Shown in pieces: positions 37,501 to 47,546 of a stretch of DNA of 64,000 bases. The notes under the pieces were generated by a model, which was not told the DNA's origin, did not search any database, and saw nothing but the letters and a program-made list of their open reading frames with translations. The stretch is from Polyangiaceae bacterium (lineage in GTDB: Bacteria; Myxococcota_A; Polyangia; Polyangiales; Polyangiaceae), in NCBI GenBank assembly GCA_044376115.1, contig JBILLK010000015.1, positions 128,001 through 192,000 of the forward strand, in the 5' to 3' direction. Position 1 is the stretch's first letter; each line of letters opens with the position of its first letter. A program made the translations under genes and the position numbers.

Positions 37501-40500
37501 GCGAGCTGCAAAGCTTGCTGGACGTACTCAATTCGCGCGGCGCCGTGAGCCTCTTTGGCGACCGACAACAACTTGCCGTACACATCCGCTAGGCGGCCCA
37601 ACTCGGCCAACAGGCCCAGCAGGGTTGGCATCGCTTGCTCAGCCTTCACGTCGCGATCGGTGAGCAGTTCTGTCAAGCATTCGAGAGCCAGCGCAGCGCC
37701 TTCATCCGCCCGGCGCAACTTACGACCCAGCAGTACAGCGTGCTCAATGCGCAGGCTCAGCCGGCGCTCCTCGCTTAGCTCGCTGCTCTTCAAACACTCC
37801 TCGAGCGCAGTAGCGTAGAACTCGGTGTACCCGCGCTTCTCGAGCGCTGCGAGCAGCGGCTCGAACTCAGAGGCGTCCTCGCGCGCCGTCGTGAAGGCGC
37901 TCTCGATGAACTCGGCCTTCCGTTCCGGCTCTCGTTGATTCTCTGCGACGAAGGCGAGTTCCACGAGCACGCGAGCCTTGGACGTAGTCGCGTCCTTTGG
38001 CTTGTCCCCTTTGTGTGATCGCAGCACCAGTAGCAGGCCACGGTACGTGCGATTGGCGCGTAGGAACTGACCCTCTAGCAATGAAACCTCGCCGAGCAGG
38101 CTGAGGACACCTGCATGGGTAGGATCGATCTTGGAGGCTGCATCCAGTTCTGTCAGAGCTTGCGTGCGGTCGCCCGCAGCGAGCGCCAACTTGGCCAGCT
38201 CGAAGTGAACGAGGGCTCGCTCTTTTGGCTTTCGTGTACCGAACTCAGCCAGAATCTTCGCCAGGACCTCGCGTGCCCGCGGCACGTTGCCTTCGATGCG
38301 ACGTAAGTCCGCGAGCGCAAACAGCGTCTGCAGATCGTCTGGCTTGGCCACAATCGCTGCCTCAAGCAGCTCTGCGGCGCGCGACGGATCGTTCAGCTCG
38401 TGGACGTGCAGGTTGGCTGCTGCGCGCAGCTTCTCCACCTTGGTTGCGACGTCCGTGGCTTCGTTTGCCTCGGCCTCGAGCAACTCTGCCAGGGGCGCAT
38501 GCGCGCCGGCAGACCGATAGATCTCGGCGAGGACCTCGCGCACTCGAGGGGACCCTCGGCCCTCGGAGACAGCTTGTTCAAGCTGCTCGCGCGCGCGCTC
38601 CACAAAGCCAGCCTTGCCGTACGCCGTTGCCAGGCGCAACGAGAGTTCATCCGAGGGTCCAGCGATCTCGATCAACCGCTCCAAAGCGGTAGCTTCATCG
38701 CGCGGCTGGGCTGCCTTCTGAAACAGCGTAGCCAGCCGATCCAATCGCTCCGCCGTCGGCTCCAAATCAACCAGCTTCTGCACCGAGCGCACGGCTCGTG
38801 AAGCATCCTTGAGTCGAGTTTCGGCGAGGGTTGCGGCCTGTTCCAGCAGCGAAATTGCGAAGCCGCGATTGCCTTGCGCGACCGTGTGCGCCGAACTCTC
38901 GAGATGGCTCGCGAGCTCGCTGCTGGCGTCTTTCGCCGTAAGGAGTGTGGTGAGTAGGCGTATCGAGGGTTCGTGGCTGGGGGACTCAGCGAGCGTGCTC
39001 TTGACCGTCGAGATCGCGGCGTCCCTCGAACCAAGTTCGGACTGGAGCTCTGCAGCGGACAAGCGAAGCCGCGCGCGCTCTGCGGCGTCGGAACTGGCTT
39101 CGGCCATACGGCTGCGCAGCCTTGCCAAGTCCGGTTTGCGGTCGAGCTCGAGATACAGTGCGCTGAGTTCCTCGAACGCCATCGCGTCAGTCGGGTCCGC
39201 CGCATAGACGCGTTCGTAAAGCGTCGCCTTCTCCTCCGAGGTCGACAATTCGGCCGCGGAAAGCAGCAAGGACCTGCAATGAGAGGCGGTGATAGGCAGG
39301 TCTGCAAGCTCGAGCAGATGACGCCTCAGGCTTGCCGAATCTCCGCGCTTTCGAAGGGCTTCAGCTTCGACCTCCAGCGCCCAAAGCGCCTTATCCTCCG
39401 CCGTAGCATCAGCTGCGACCTTGAGCTTGAGCACCGCGCGTTCACGAAGCTTCGTAGCGATCGCAACCGCGCCTTCGGTGTCTGCCAACTCACGGAGCGA
39501 TACAGTTACTGCTTCCTCCAGCGGCTCGAGGTTGTCCGCCTCGAGTTCGGCCAACGTCAGCAGCGCCTCCACCAGCGAGGGGCCTGGCGTCGCACGCCGA
39601 TGGGCGACGAGCTTGAGCAAGATGTCCGCGTCAGCAGGCTCGGTCGTATGAGCAGTCCGCAGGAGATTCTCGATACTCGTGGGGTTGGGCGCATGCCCTG
39701 CTAACCACTCTGCCGCCGAGATCAGGAGCTCAGTGGCAATCCCGCGCGGAACGTGATCGCGGACCTCAAGCGCAGGTAGCAGCTGAGGCGCAACGAGATC
39801 CCAACGCTCTGTCTTCTTTGCTCGTTCTAGCAGGCGCTCGGCTGCGCCCGGAAACGCGGGACGCAAGGCAAATGCGGCAATGGTGCGTTCCAAAGCCCGC
39901 ACCGGGTTTGACTGAACTTCTTCCTCGAGGCGGGCCGCATTGAGCAGCACTTCACACTTCTCGAGATCGTTGCTGAGGCACAGCAGGCGTGCGGGCACCA
40001 AGGATAGCCATCGATCAAGCTGACCCGCCGACTCGAAGCTCTTGGCGAGTACGCCGACACCCGTTGCAAAGGTCGGCTCGCTAGGCGACATGGCCCCCAC
40101 GAGCGTCTCCAAGCCGGACTGAGCGGCAGCCAGGCTTGGTTCCTCGGTTAGCGCGCGCGAGTAGCACGACAGAGCCTTTTCGACGTGACCGAGCTTTCGC
40201 TCGATATCGCCGGCTTGAGCGAGCAGCGTGGCTCGGCGCGACGGCCCCTGGCGAGTGGCCACCTCCGACTCGACCAGCTCCGCGAATTCGTCGAATCGCT
40301 CCTCTTCGCGGAGGAGCACTAGGAGTTCGTCGACAAGGTCCGTTCGCTCTGGCGCGAGCACGGTGGCGGCACGATACGCGTGCACGGCACGAGACTTGTC
40401 CCCGAGTTCCTTACGGACGATGGTAGCGAGTTCGACTTGGTCTTTCGTCTTCGCTGCAATGTCAGAAAGCAACGACACACGTTCGCCTAGCGCGTCGGCC

Positions 40501-43500
40501 AGCGCCGCAAACTCGCCCAGCGTCCGGAGCTGCTCAATGACTTTGGAGAGCACCTCGAGATCCTTGGGGTCCACGGCGAGCCACGCCCGCAACGAAACGA
40601 GCGAGCGCGCCCGGTCGCCGATTACCTCATCGGCGATGCGTGCCGCTTCCATGAGGCTCTGGCGCTTCTCGCTGGGCTCGAGCGCTAGCTTGCCGAGCTG
40701 TTCCAACACCGCGCATCGTTCGGCCTCACGACCCATCGCCGCAAGGTCATGATCGAGCTTCTTTGCAGCAGCCAACGCAGCAGACGGGTCTCCTTCGCTG
40801 CGAGAGAGAATGGCCAGCTCAAAGGTCACACTGCGACCTTCGTCCTTGAGTTCTTCGCGAGCGATCTTGGCGCCTTGAGTGAGCAGGAAGAGTGCTCGCG
40901 GCCGTTCGGTTGCTTCGCTCGCCATCTTGAGCAGCGCGTCCACCAATAGGACCACCTTGTCGCGCTCACCCGCGATGTTCACCGAACAGGTGTCGATGAC
41001 GAGCTCCGCGTCCGGCCCCTCCGGAGTCAGCAGCAGGGATGCAAGCCCAGCATCGAGCACTAACTGGTGATCGTTGAGGTCGACAGCAACCGTCTCGAGT
41101 TCTCGCAGCTCCACCAGTCGCTGAGGCAGCGGTAGCTCAGCTTCCAAACCAACTTGGATTGCGGTGGCGAGCTTGGTCAGTTGACCCATGCTCTTGAAGG
41201 TTGGCGCGAGCAGAGCCGCTGCACGCTTTCGGAAAGGAGACTGCTCGGGCAACGATCGCGAGAGTCGCACATAGCGCGGAATGGTCGTGCTCAAGGGCGC
41301 AACCTGCTCGAGCCAGCCGACGACGACCGAGATGGCTTCGTCATCGCCAGCTGCGATCAGTGGTGAAAGCACCTCAAGCGCCGAGTCTCGCTCTTCGAGC
41401 GTGTCCCAAAGCCCTGCGATGCGCAGGCGCATCGGCGCCACCTCTGCTTCCGCGAGGTGCGGCAAGCGGCTCATCAGCAAAGTGATGAGCGCGCGCCACT
41501 TTTGGTGTCGCTCATACAAACGCTCTAGCGACGTTGCGAGCTTGGCATCACTCGGACGGAAGGTCCGGAGTTGTTCGAGGTAGTGGATTGCTCGATCTGC
41601 GTCACCGACGAGATCCTTCGCGACCTCGACCGCATCCTCGATGATCATGATCTTGGACTCTGCGTCCGATTGCCCGCGGATTACCTCATCATAGAGGTCG
41701 AAAAGCTCCGCCCAACGCTCGGCAGCATTGTAAACGAGCTTCAACCGCTCAAAGGCCCACGTTGCGGTGGGCGCAAGCGTGACGATGCGCCGCAACATCT
41801 GCACGAGCGCCTCTTGGTCGTCGAACCACTCTTCCTGGAACGCGACACCGCGCTCCCCCACGCGAAGAGCCACCTCAGGGTCGAGCTGGTCCCCGCTTGC
41901 GAGCGTTTGCTTGTACGCATCAACGACGGCTTGGGGGGCCTTCTGATTACGAGCCAGCTCCTCCACGCGATCCCAGAACGCCTCGTGGTCGGGAAGCGCC
42001 GTTGCTGCGCGAGCGGCAACCTTCAGCGCCGTTGGGTCGGCCTCGTCCAGGCAAACAAGCCAAGCTTCGTACAGCTTCGCTGCCTGTTCCCCGAGCGCCG
42101 ACTTCGGCGCGTTATCGAAAAGCTGCTCGTAGATCGCAGCTCTAGCGTCGACGTCGAGCAGACCATCTGCCACCGCAGAGAGCATCTCCACCGCGCGCTC
42201 CGCGGCATCTTCATGCGCCAGCGCGAGCGCCGCGACCTTGCGGAAGACCGGGTGCTCCCCGTGCGAGGACTGCAGCGGCTCGAGCACGAACAGAGCACGG
42301 AGGACTCCCTCGGACTTCTGCGAGAGATATTCGGCCAGCTCTAGCGACCGCTCCGCACGCGCGTCATCACTTACCGCGACGTCAACTCGACGTGAGAGCG
42401 TGGTCTGAGCTTGGTCCCAATCCCCGGCATCCCGAGCGAACTCAAAGCGAACGACGAGAGCAGCGTCGTCGTCGGGATCGAGTTCGAGCAGGCGCTCGAG
42501 CGCGGCCTCGGCCCTGGGTTGGTCTTTGGCGACGTCACGTTCAAAGCGGAAGAGTTCGAACAGACGCTCCCTAAGTTCACCAGAGGACGCGGACCTGACT
42601 CGATGATCGAGCCACTTACGCTTGCTGGCGATGAGCTTCGGATCAACCACCGAGCCCGCAAAAACCTCGTCGAGCAGCGCGAGTGCTCTCGGGCCTGCTT
42701 CGAGTTCGTCGGCGAGCCCCAGCAGGAGGTCCACCGCTTCACTCTCGCGATTGGTCTGCACCAAAATGTCAGCCCGGATCAGCCCAGTTTCGGAAGACGT
42801 TCCAAAGCGAGCTTCGCATTGATCGAGCAAGCCGAGGACATCATCGGGAGAGACGGCGCCGCCGCGCAGCCTATCGATCGCAGCGGTTGCCTCATCTCTT
42901 GATTCACTCAGACTGACCAGCTGCTTGGTCAGTGCGAGCAAACGCGCGCCATTCCCAGCTTGCGCATTCAACTCCACCAGCGCGCCGAGGGCGGTCTTGT
43001 TCTCGGGTTGATAGGTGAGCACCCGCTCAAACGCTTCGCCCGACTCAGTGAGTAGCGCGGCCTCGCGAGCTTGCTGTGCAGCTCTTGCGAACGACTCCGC
43101 AGCGCGAACGGGATCTCCACCGCGCTCACCAAAGAGCGCGCCTAGATGAGCAAGCGCGCGGTATCGAGCGGCTGCCGAATCGGCGATTCCGACACGTCGC
43201 TCGGCCACAACGATCAACAAGCCAACGTCGACGGTGAGCTTGGCAAGCTCCTCGATCGGGTCGAGTAAGGCGTCGGTCACCAAGAACTCCGCGACCGCCA
43301 AAGCCGACTTGTAATGCGCAGCCGCAAGCTCGAGGTCGTTGCCGCGACGCGAGACCTCAGCGATCTTCAAGTCGAGTTCGGCGCCCTCTCGCGGTGTTGC
43401 GGCGTGAGCCCGCTCTTTCTCGAGCTCCTCCGCAAGCTCCGTGAAGCGTCCCGTAGCTTCAAGTGCCTCGCAAAGCGCCAGTGTGAGGGTCGTATCGTGT

Positions 43501-46091
43501 GCGACTTCCGCAAGGCCCTCGCGGAAGGTCGCTATTGCGGACTCTCCGTCGCTCAGCTGCTCGAGCTGGATTGCCCCGATAGATAGGTAAAGGTCGCGGT
43601 TTCGCTCCGGAGTACCCTTGCGTTCGAGCGCTGCGCGGAACAGAGCCACGCGCTCATGAGGCTTGCCAGCCTTCTCGAGCAACTCGTCGATGCGGTGGAC
43701 GATGGCGTCGTCATCGGGCTTCACCTCGAGTACGCGACGAAACAGCGAAATCGCGGCGTCGCCGCGACCAGCAGAGGCGAGCGCCTCGGCGGCTCGTTCT
43801 GCGAGGTCGGAGATGGGACCTGACGACATCGGCAGAGCGTCGATCGGGGCGGCCAGAGCCATCGCGATCGCGACTGGCGGAGCTTCGTGTTGCGCCTCGA
43901 CGCGCGTGGCCCAGGCTCCCGCCCGCGTCGGATCGAGCGCAAGGACCTCACTTAGCCCCTTCGCGGCAAGCTTGAGGCGAGCCACGGCATCGTCGGGCGC
44001 GAGCAGGTAGTAAAGCTCTTCAAGCGCCTCCACGCGAACCTCAGCTGCGGACGACTCTGTGGCGATTACGCGAAGTAGCGCTGCGAGGTCTTCATGACCT
44101 TCCACGCGCAGGATCGGCGCGAGAACGGCTGCTGCGCGGAGTTTGTGCTCAGGCTGGCCACTCTGTGCGAGCTCCAATAGCTCCCGACGTGCAACTGGCT
44201 CTGACGGGTCAAGACCTAGCACCTCTGCGAATGCGTCGAGCGCGAGGTCAGTTTTACCGCTGGCGAGCAGGGCCGCAGCGAGCTCGGCTGAGACGGCGAT
44301 ACGTTCATCGTCACCGACCATCTCCAATTCCGCCGTGAGTACCGCTGTCCTTTGTTCGAGGAACGCGGGCTCCGCCAGCAAGGGCAGTAGCAGCCCATGC
44401 ACTTCACGCGATGGGCCGTGTAGCGCCAGGAGGCTATCAAGAATTCGGCGCGCCTCTGGGGCGTTGTTCGTCCGCTCGATGTGGAGGACGGCTGCCCGCA
44501 CCAAGAGCTCCCTCCGTTCATCATCGATGGGCATACCGGAAGCTCTTGCCTCCAGCACCTCGACCAAGCGGTCGTACTCACCGCGCGTTTCGAGCAATCG
44601 CTCGAGGTCCGCAGAATCACGAGTAGGGTCGAGCGCAAGAATGCGGGTACGAGCCTGGATCGCTTGCGACATGTCTTTGAGGTCGCCCTCATAAAGCTCG
44701 GCAAGCTGGGTCAGCGAGGAAAGCTTCTCATCTGCATCGTTCGACAGTCTGGCCAGCGCCTCAAGCACTGGAGCCAGCGCCTTCGCGTCTGGCGAGATCT
44801 CGCGCATCACGCGCGCCGCCTCCAACGCCACTTCACTCTCGGCCTGATCAAGCACCGTTTGGAGGATAAGTCGCGCACGCTTCGGGTCGCCGGCCTCGGC
44901 CAAGAGACGGGCCGACTCAAGGTTGATGCGACCGCGCGCTGACGGATCTTTCACTGCAGCCGCGGCGCGAGTCAGCATCTTGCTGGCATCGCCTTGTTTG
45001 CCCAAGCGACGCGCCAGCTCGACGTAGCGAGTGCGCACCTCATCGTCGCCTTGGTCCACCGCGATCACCGCTTCGTACTGGGTGAAAGCGGCCGGGTCGT
45101 CTCCGACATCCCAAAGCAAGGCGCCCAGCTTCTTCTGGGCCTCCGCCTTCTTCGGTCCACGCAGCTGCTCAATCTGAATACCGAGCATCTGAGTAACGGC
45201 AGCGCTATCGCCCTCGGCCTCGTACACCGACTCGAGCGCGTGCGCGGCTCGAGCAGCAACCGATTTGATGCCCAAAAGCCGAGTGGCGACGCGACGCGCA
45301 CCCGCGTGAGTCGGGTCTTTCGCCAGAACCTCTTCCACGTGCGGGACGGCCTTCTCTACGTCGGGCAATTTGTCGTCGTAGAGCTCGATTAGACGCGCGC
45401 GCGCGTCGCTTCGACGCTCCTCAGACACGGGGGGCTCCGCCGCAAGGAGTTGCTCCAACGCACGCGCCAATTCCGGAAACTTCTTCGCGCTCTCGAGCGA
45501 GGCACAGATCGCGGTCAGTGCCTGCTCGGAGCCGGGCTCCAGCTTGAGCAGCATGTTCGCGATTCGCGCCGCCTCAACGCCGTCCTCAGCCCGCTCCGCG
45601 AGCGAAAGCGCCGCGCGCAAATGCTCAAGAGCGATCTCCTTCTCGGTCTTGGGTCCCACAGCGCTCAGGTGCAGCGCGATGAGCCTCGAAGTGTCGTCCT
45701 TCTCGACAAAGATCTTACGCAGTTGCTCAAACGCGTCCGGGTGCCCCGGTACGAGCGCGAGAACCCGTTCAAGCGCGCGTTCAGCAGCGTCGATATCGCC
45801 GAGCGCCCGCATAAAGAACTTCGCGGTGTTCAGGAATATCTGCGCCTGAGCAGGCGGCGGCATGATCTTCACCCGCCGATCCGTCGCGAGCTTCTCGAAC
45901 ACTGCCGCAAGCTCTACGAGCCGATCATCTCGCAGAGCTGCAGATAGCAGCTTGTCCCAGAGCTCGAGGTTGGCCTGCCCGCGCGCCTGCGCTACGACCA
46001 ACAGCTCGACAACTTGCGTTTCATGTTCGAGACCCTCGTCGAGATAAGCTTCGAGGGCCTCAAGGCGGAGCGGCGGACCTTTGCTCTCCAT
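34512..46091 (-). CDS. Giant tetratricopeptide-repeat protein (3859 aa, AgmK-like)
   Basis: Uninterrupted 11.6-kb ORF of Ala/Leu/Glu-rich helical repeats with recurring 'L..DP.D..A' TPR turns; no signal peptide. Confidence 0.85.
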   Translation of the reverse strand: MESKGPPLRLEALEAYLDEGLEHETQVVELLVVAQARGQANLELWDKLLSAALRDDRLVELAAVFEKLATDRRVKIMPPPAQAQIFLNTAKFFMRALGDIDAAERALERVLALVPGHPDAFEQLRKIFVEKDDTSRLIALHLSAVGPKTEKEIALEHLRAALSLAERAEDGVEAARIANMLLKLEPGSEQALTAICASLESAKKFPELARALEQLLAAEPPVSEERRSDARARLIELYDDKLPDVEKAVPHVEEVLAKDPTHAGARRVATRLLGIKSVAARAAHALESVYEAEGDSAAVTQMLGIQIEQLRGPKKAEAQKKLGALLWDVGDDPAAFTQYEAVIAVDQGDDEVRTRYVELARRLGKQGDASKMLTRAAAAVKDPSARGRINLESARLLAEAGDPKRARLILQTVLDQAESEVALEAARVMREISPDAKALAPVLEALARLSNDADEKLSSLTQLAELYEGDLKDMSQAIQARTRILALDPTRDSADLERLLETRGEYDRLVEVLEARASGMPIDDERRELLVRAAVLHIERTNNAPEARRILDSLLALHGPSREVHGLLLPLLAEPAFLEQRTAVLTAELEMVGDDERIAVSAELAAALLASGKTDLALDAFAEVLGLDPSEPVARRELLELAQSGQPEHKLRAAAVLAPILRVEGHEDLAALLRVIATESSAAEVRVEALEELYYLLAPDDAVARLKLAAKGLSEVLALDPTRAGAWATRVEAQHEAPPVAIAMALAAPIDALPMSSGPISDLAERAAEALASAGRGDAAISLFRRVLEVKPDDDAIVHRIDELLEKAGKPHERVALFRAALERKGTPERNRDLYLSIGAIQLEQLSDGESAIATFREGLAEVAHDTTLTLALCEALEATGRFTELAEELEKERAHAATPREGAELDLKIAEVSRRGNDLELAAAHYKSALAVAEFLVTDALLDPIEELAKLTVDVGLLIVVAERRVGIADSAAARYRALAHLGALFGERGGDPVRAAESFARAAQQAREAALLTESGEAFERVLTYQPENKTALGALVELNAQAGNGARLLALTKQLVSLSESRDEATAAIDRLRGGAVSPDDVLGLLDQCEARFGTSSETGLIRADILVQTNRESEAVDLLLGLADELEAGPRALALLDEVFAGSVVDPKLIASKRKWLDHRVRSASSGELRERLFELFRFERDVAKDQPRAEAALERLLELDPDDDAALVVRFEFARDAGDWDQAQTTLSRRVDVAVSDDARAERSLELAEYLSQKSEGVLRALFVLEPLQSSHGEHPVFRKVAALALAHEDAAERAVEMLSAVADGLLDVDARAAIYEQLFDNAPKSALGEQAAKLYEAWLVCLDEADPTALKVAARAATALPDHEAFWDRVEELARNQKAPQAVVDAYKQTLASGDQLDPEVALRVGERGVAFQEEWFDDQEALVQMLRRIVTLAPTATWAFERLKLVYNAAERWAELFDLYDEVIRGQSDAESKIMIIEDAVEVAKDLVGDADRAIHYLEQLRTFRPSDAKLATSLERLYERHQKWRALITLLMSRLPHLAEAEVAPMRLRIAGLWDTLEERDSALEVLSPLIAAGDDEAISVVVGWLEQVAPLSTTIPRYVRLSRSLPEQSPFRKRAAALLAPTFKSMGQLTKLATAIQVGLEAELPLPQRLVELRELETVAVDLNDHQLVLDAGLASLLLTPEGPDAELVIDTCSVNIAGERDKVVLLVDALLKMASEATERPRALFLLTQGAKIAREELKDEGRSVTFELAILSRSEGDPSAALAAAKKLDHDLAAMGREAERCAVLEQLGKLALEPSEKRQSLMEAARIADEVIGDRARSLVSLRAWLAVDPKDLEVLSKVIEQLRTLGEFAALADALGERVSLLSDIAAKTKDQVELATIVRKELGDKSRAVHAYRAATVLAPERTDLVDELLVLLREEERFDEFAELVESEVATRQGPSRRATLLAQAGDIERKLGHVEKALSCYSRALTEEPSLAAAQSGLETLVGAMSPSEPTFATGVGVLAKSFESAGQLDRWLSLVPARLLCLSNDLEKCEVLLNAARLEEEVQSNPVRALERTIAAFALRPAFPGAAERLLERAKKTERWDLVAPQLLPALEVRDHVPRGIATELLISAAEWLAGHAPNPTSIENLLRTAHTTEPADADILLKLVAHRRATPGPSLVEALLTLAELEADNLEPLEEAVTVSLRELADTEGAVAIATKLRERAVLKLKVAADATAEDKALWALEVEAEALRKRGDSASLRRHLLELADLPITASHCRSLLLSAAELSTSEEKATLYERVYAADPTDAMAFEELSALYLELDRKPDLARLRSRMAEASSDAAERARLRLSAAELQSELGSRDAAISTVKSTLAESPSHEPSIRLLTTLLTAKDASSELASHLESSAHTVAQGNRGFAISLLEQAATLAETRLKDASRAVRSVQKLVDLEPTAERLDRLATLFQKAAQPRDEATALERLIEIAGPSDELSLRLATAYGKAGFVERAREQLEQAVSEGRGSPRVREVLAEIYRSAGAHAPLAELLEAEANEATDVATKVEKLRAAANLHVHELNDPSRAAELLEAAIVAKPDDLQTLFALADLRRIEGNVPRAREVLAKILAEFGTRKPKERALVHFELAKLALAAGDRTQALTELDAASKIDPTHAGVLSLLGEVSLLEGQFLRANRTYRGLLLVLRSHKGDKPKDATTSKARVLVELAFVAENQREPERKAEFIESAFTTAREDASEFEPLLAALEKRGYTEFYATALEECLKSSELSEERRLSLRIEHAVLLGRKLRRADEGAALALECLTELLTDRDVKAEQAMPTLLGLLAELGRLADVYGKLLSVAKEAHGAARIEYVQQALQLAENDMKDSEKTAEALEELLLAWDDSGEGSSHERRGALSKLDRLLAPNNGSQAGALRHVRVLTRLVELSSSDGETFTEYGPTLYRLLAIHLREADFDEVFDVLDRARSEDPDGDRFERELRAVLALNPGEARFIRLLEDFGRDRGRRQATIDALLMTAESSADPSLCFKEAYELSTELEDPAQSERLLRKLVPASKEDDSADDAWALSALADLRFGASDAKGAADLWERAAAVSDPVEERALIMRVADLADRVLGDSERAIGLYESLRKREPADRELWHPLADLFQRAGDTEAFAALMVETIPLVDDLSERTGLRVALGAMLESKDVDRAASVLAEAIDDEPNNVEAASYLERIYNKLGRHDQLAILLERQLDAAKDASDKPRVVSLSNRIGELREKSGDVDAALDAFHGALDWDEDNLDALRAAVRLHTEREDSVVLGDLLDRLLMREQGDEAVRLALRVADMKLASGDAVGAERALTAGYKSNGRNTELKQRLTNLYSERGDRLGLARLSAGEAQFIQDPKAKKELLLAAAETVKADGDPREAADLYSDAFDVDPDDRDTLFALMDACATTSQHARAIAAVDRALAADAKDAWLLFSRAVLREAVGESDAALDDLEAAYQHSEGQYAAELRAHLEAALSRITTDPSASRRTEGELRRKLAEVLAASGDPGAARTVLDSELARDPQNPELLATLAQIEESAGRDDAAATAYARACAIASGAALSRISLRLYECTVRLGRPSLARPGLERALGSDPNDEAVRAALRSVYEETGAIAELADLIVAEAHCLEDDAARLERLLEAARLLLYSTGDDGTVTAAAAERASRVLEEAKLIQHDSQDVLQLLAEALAVLGRGEEAREIMAGVIASHKSKRSRELGQAYYALYRVEAKGGNLSDAIEALGKAFDNQPQNGSLALELGLLAVDLDEQDVAQRAFRAVTLLKPDGSISTRDRAVAYFHLGSIAVKAGDARRAKLMLEKSLAEDSTLVEARDLIARLG

Positions 46092-46130
46092 TCGAGGAGG
46101 GGTACGTTATCAGCGAACGGACAGTCGGGG

Positions 46131-47027
46131 ATGTTTTCGGCAGACACATCAAAGTTCGGTCGACGAGGCTGGTTTGCCGGAGCTGCCGCCGCCCTCGTGG
46201 GTGTTTGTGGGCCAGACTCCGTTGGAGCCAGTCCTAACTTCCAGACCCGCAGCCTCGAAACAGCGGGCAAACATGCCAAGCGCTTCGAGTTGTTGATCCC
46301 AGCCAAGCCAACAAAGTTGTTGATCGCCCTGCACGGGCTGGGCGAGTCCTTCGAGGAAGAGGCGGGAGCACGGGCCTGGCTGGACCGCTACGGGCTGAGT
46401 TCGAGCTACGATCGGCTGCTGAGTCCACCCCTTTCGCGAACGCACAAGCGCAAAGACTGGACGGATGATCGGCTTGTGGCCGTAAACGGATCGCTGACCG
46501 AAGCAAGCTGGGCTGGGCTTGCCGTTGTCTGCCCGTTCACACCCAACTTCCGCAACGTAAGCAACCGGGCCAAGGCCCTTGATGAGTACGCTGAGTGGCT
46601 CGTTGAAAGCGTGCTCCCAAAGGCGCTCGCTGAGCTTGGCGAGGTTGCCCCTAGCGTCGGCGACCGCTCGAAGTTCGCGATCAACGGCTGCTCAATGGGA
46701 GGGCCGCTCGCGCTCGAGGTGGCTTCTCGGCACCCCAAGGTGTTCGGCAGCCTGGGCGTCGTGCAGGCAGCTTTTGGTGAGCATCGAGCGAAGAGCTACG
46801 CGCGCTTGCTAGGCAAAGCCTTTGAAGACGCCGGAAAAATGGACCTTCAGTTGCTCGCGAGCGAAGGCGACGCATTTGTTACCTCCGCACGCGCCCTCTC
46901 ACATGAACTCGCCACGCTCGAGATCAAGCATCAACTCCTGGTGCTCCCAGGTCCGCATGATCAACAGTGGCTGCGCGAAGCAGGCACGATTGAAATGCTC
47001 CTTTTCCACGAACGAGGCCCAATCTAA
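46131..47027 (+). CDS. Alpha/beta hydrolase (esterase), probable Tat export
   Basis: FGRRGWF twin-Arg leader, ALHGLGE, GCSMGG nucleophile, PGPHD. Confidence 0.8.
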   Translation: MFSADTSKFGRRGWFAGAAAALVGVCGPDSVGASPNFQTRSLETAGKHAKRFELLIPAKPTKLLIALHGLGESFEEEAGARAWLDRYGLSSSYDRLLSPPLSRTHKRKDWTDDRLVAVNGSLTEASWAGLAVVCPFTPNFRNVSNRAKALDEYAEWLVESVLPKALAELGEVAPSVGDRSKFAINGCSMGGPLALEVASRHPKVFGSLGVVQAAFGEHRAKSYARLLGKAFEDAGKMDLQLLASEGDAFVTSARALSHELATLEIKHQLLVLPGPHDQQWLREAGTIEMLLFHERGPI

Positions 47028-47456
47028 CTACTGCTTTCTCGACGCTTCATAAAGAGCGATGAAGCGTTCGAGAGAGAGCTTGGTGATGGCCTCACCCACC
47101 AGCTCGAGCGGCAGATCCTCAAGCGTCTGAAATCGCACGCAGGACTTGCCAGCGTCCAAACGTTTTCCGGTTGCCTTGTAAGCGAGCTCAAACCACTCGC
47201 GCAGCCCAGCGTCGCCATACAAACCAGTGAGGTAAACCGCGCAATGGCTCTTCTGAGCCGCGAGCGCAGCCAACATGAGCGGCTTCTTATTGTAGGTCTT
47301 TGGATAGCTGGCTAGGGGAACGACGTAACTCAGCATGCCAAAGTCGAAGGACTCTACAAATCCCTTCGGCAGATTCCGCTGGATTGTCGCGCGCACGTCG
47401 AGCGTTTGCCTGCGCTCGTCGGAGAGCTTCGAAAGGTATTCGTCAATCGCCCGCAT
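47028..47456 (-). CDS. DUF1801 (YdhG-like) protein
   Basis: IDEYL, GMLSYVVP, LAAQKSH, LDAGKSCVRF, LPLELVG. Confidence 0.8.
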   Translation of the reverse strand: MRAIDEYLSKLSDERRQTLDVRATIQRNLPKGFVESFDFGMLSYVVPLASYPKTYNKKPLMLAALAAQKSHCAVYLTGLYGDAGLREWFELAYKATGKRLDAGKSCVRFQTLEDLPLELVGEAITKLSLERFIALYEASRKQ

Positions 47457-47546
47457 CCGATGACGCTAACTCTTTCACCGTGAAAGCTGAACTGCATGGC
47501 AGATTCCAGGCTCGCCCCCTTTCGAGTGGCCTGGTAATCACGCGTC

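Noticed and set aside
34632..45947. Numerous 60-260 aa ORFs antisense or off-frame within the giant TPR gene
   Set aside because: Typical high-GC shadow ORFs (Ser/Arg/Ala-rich, no motifs) fully nested in a long real CDS
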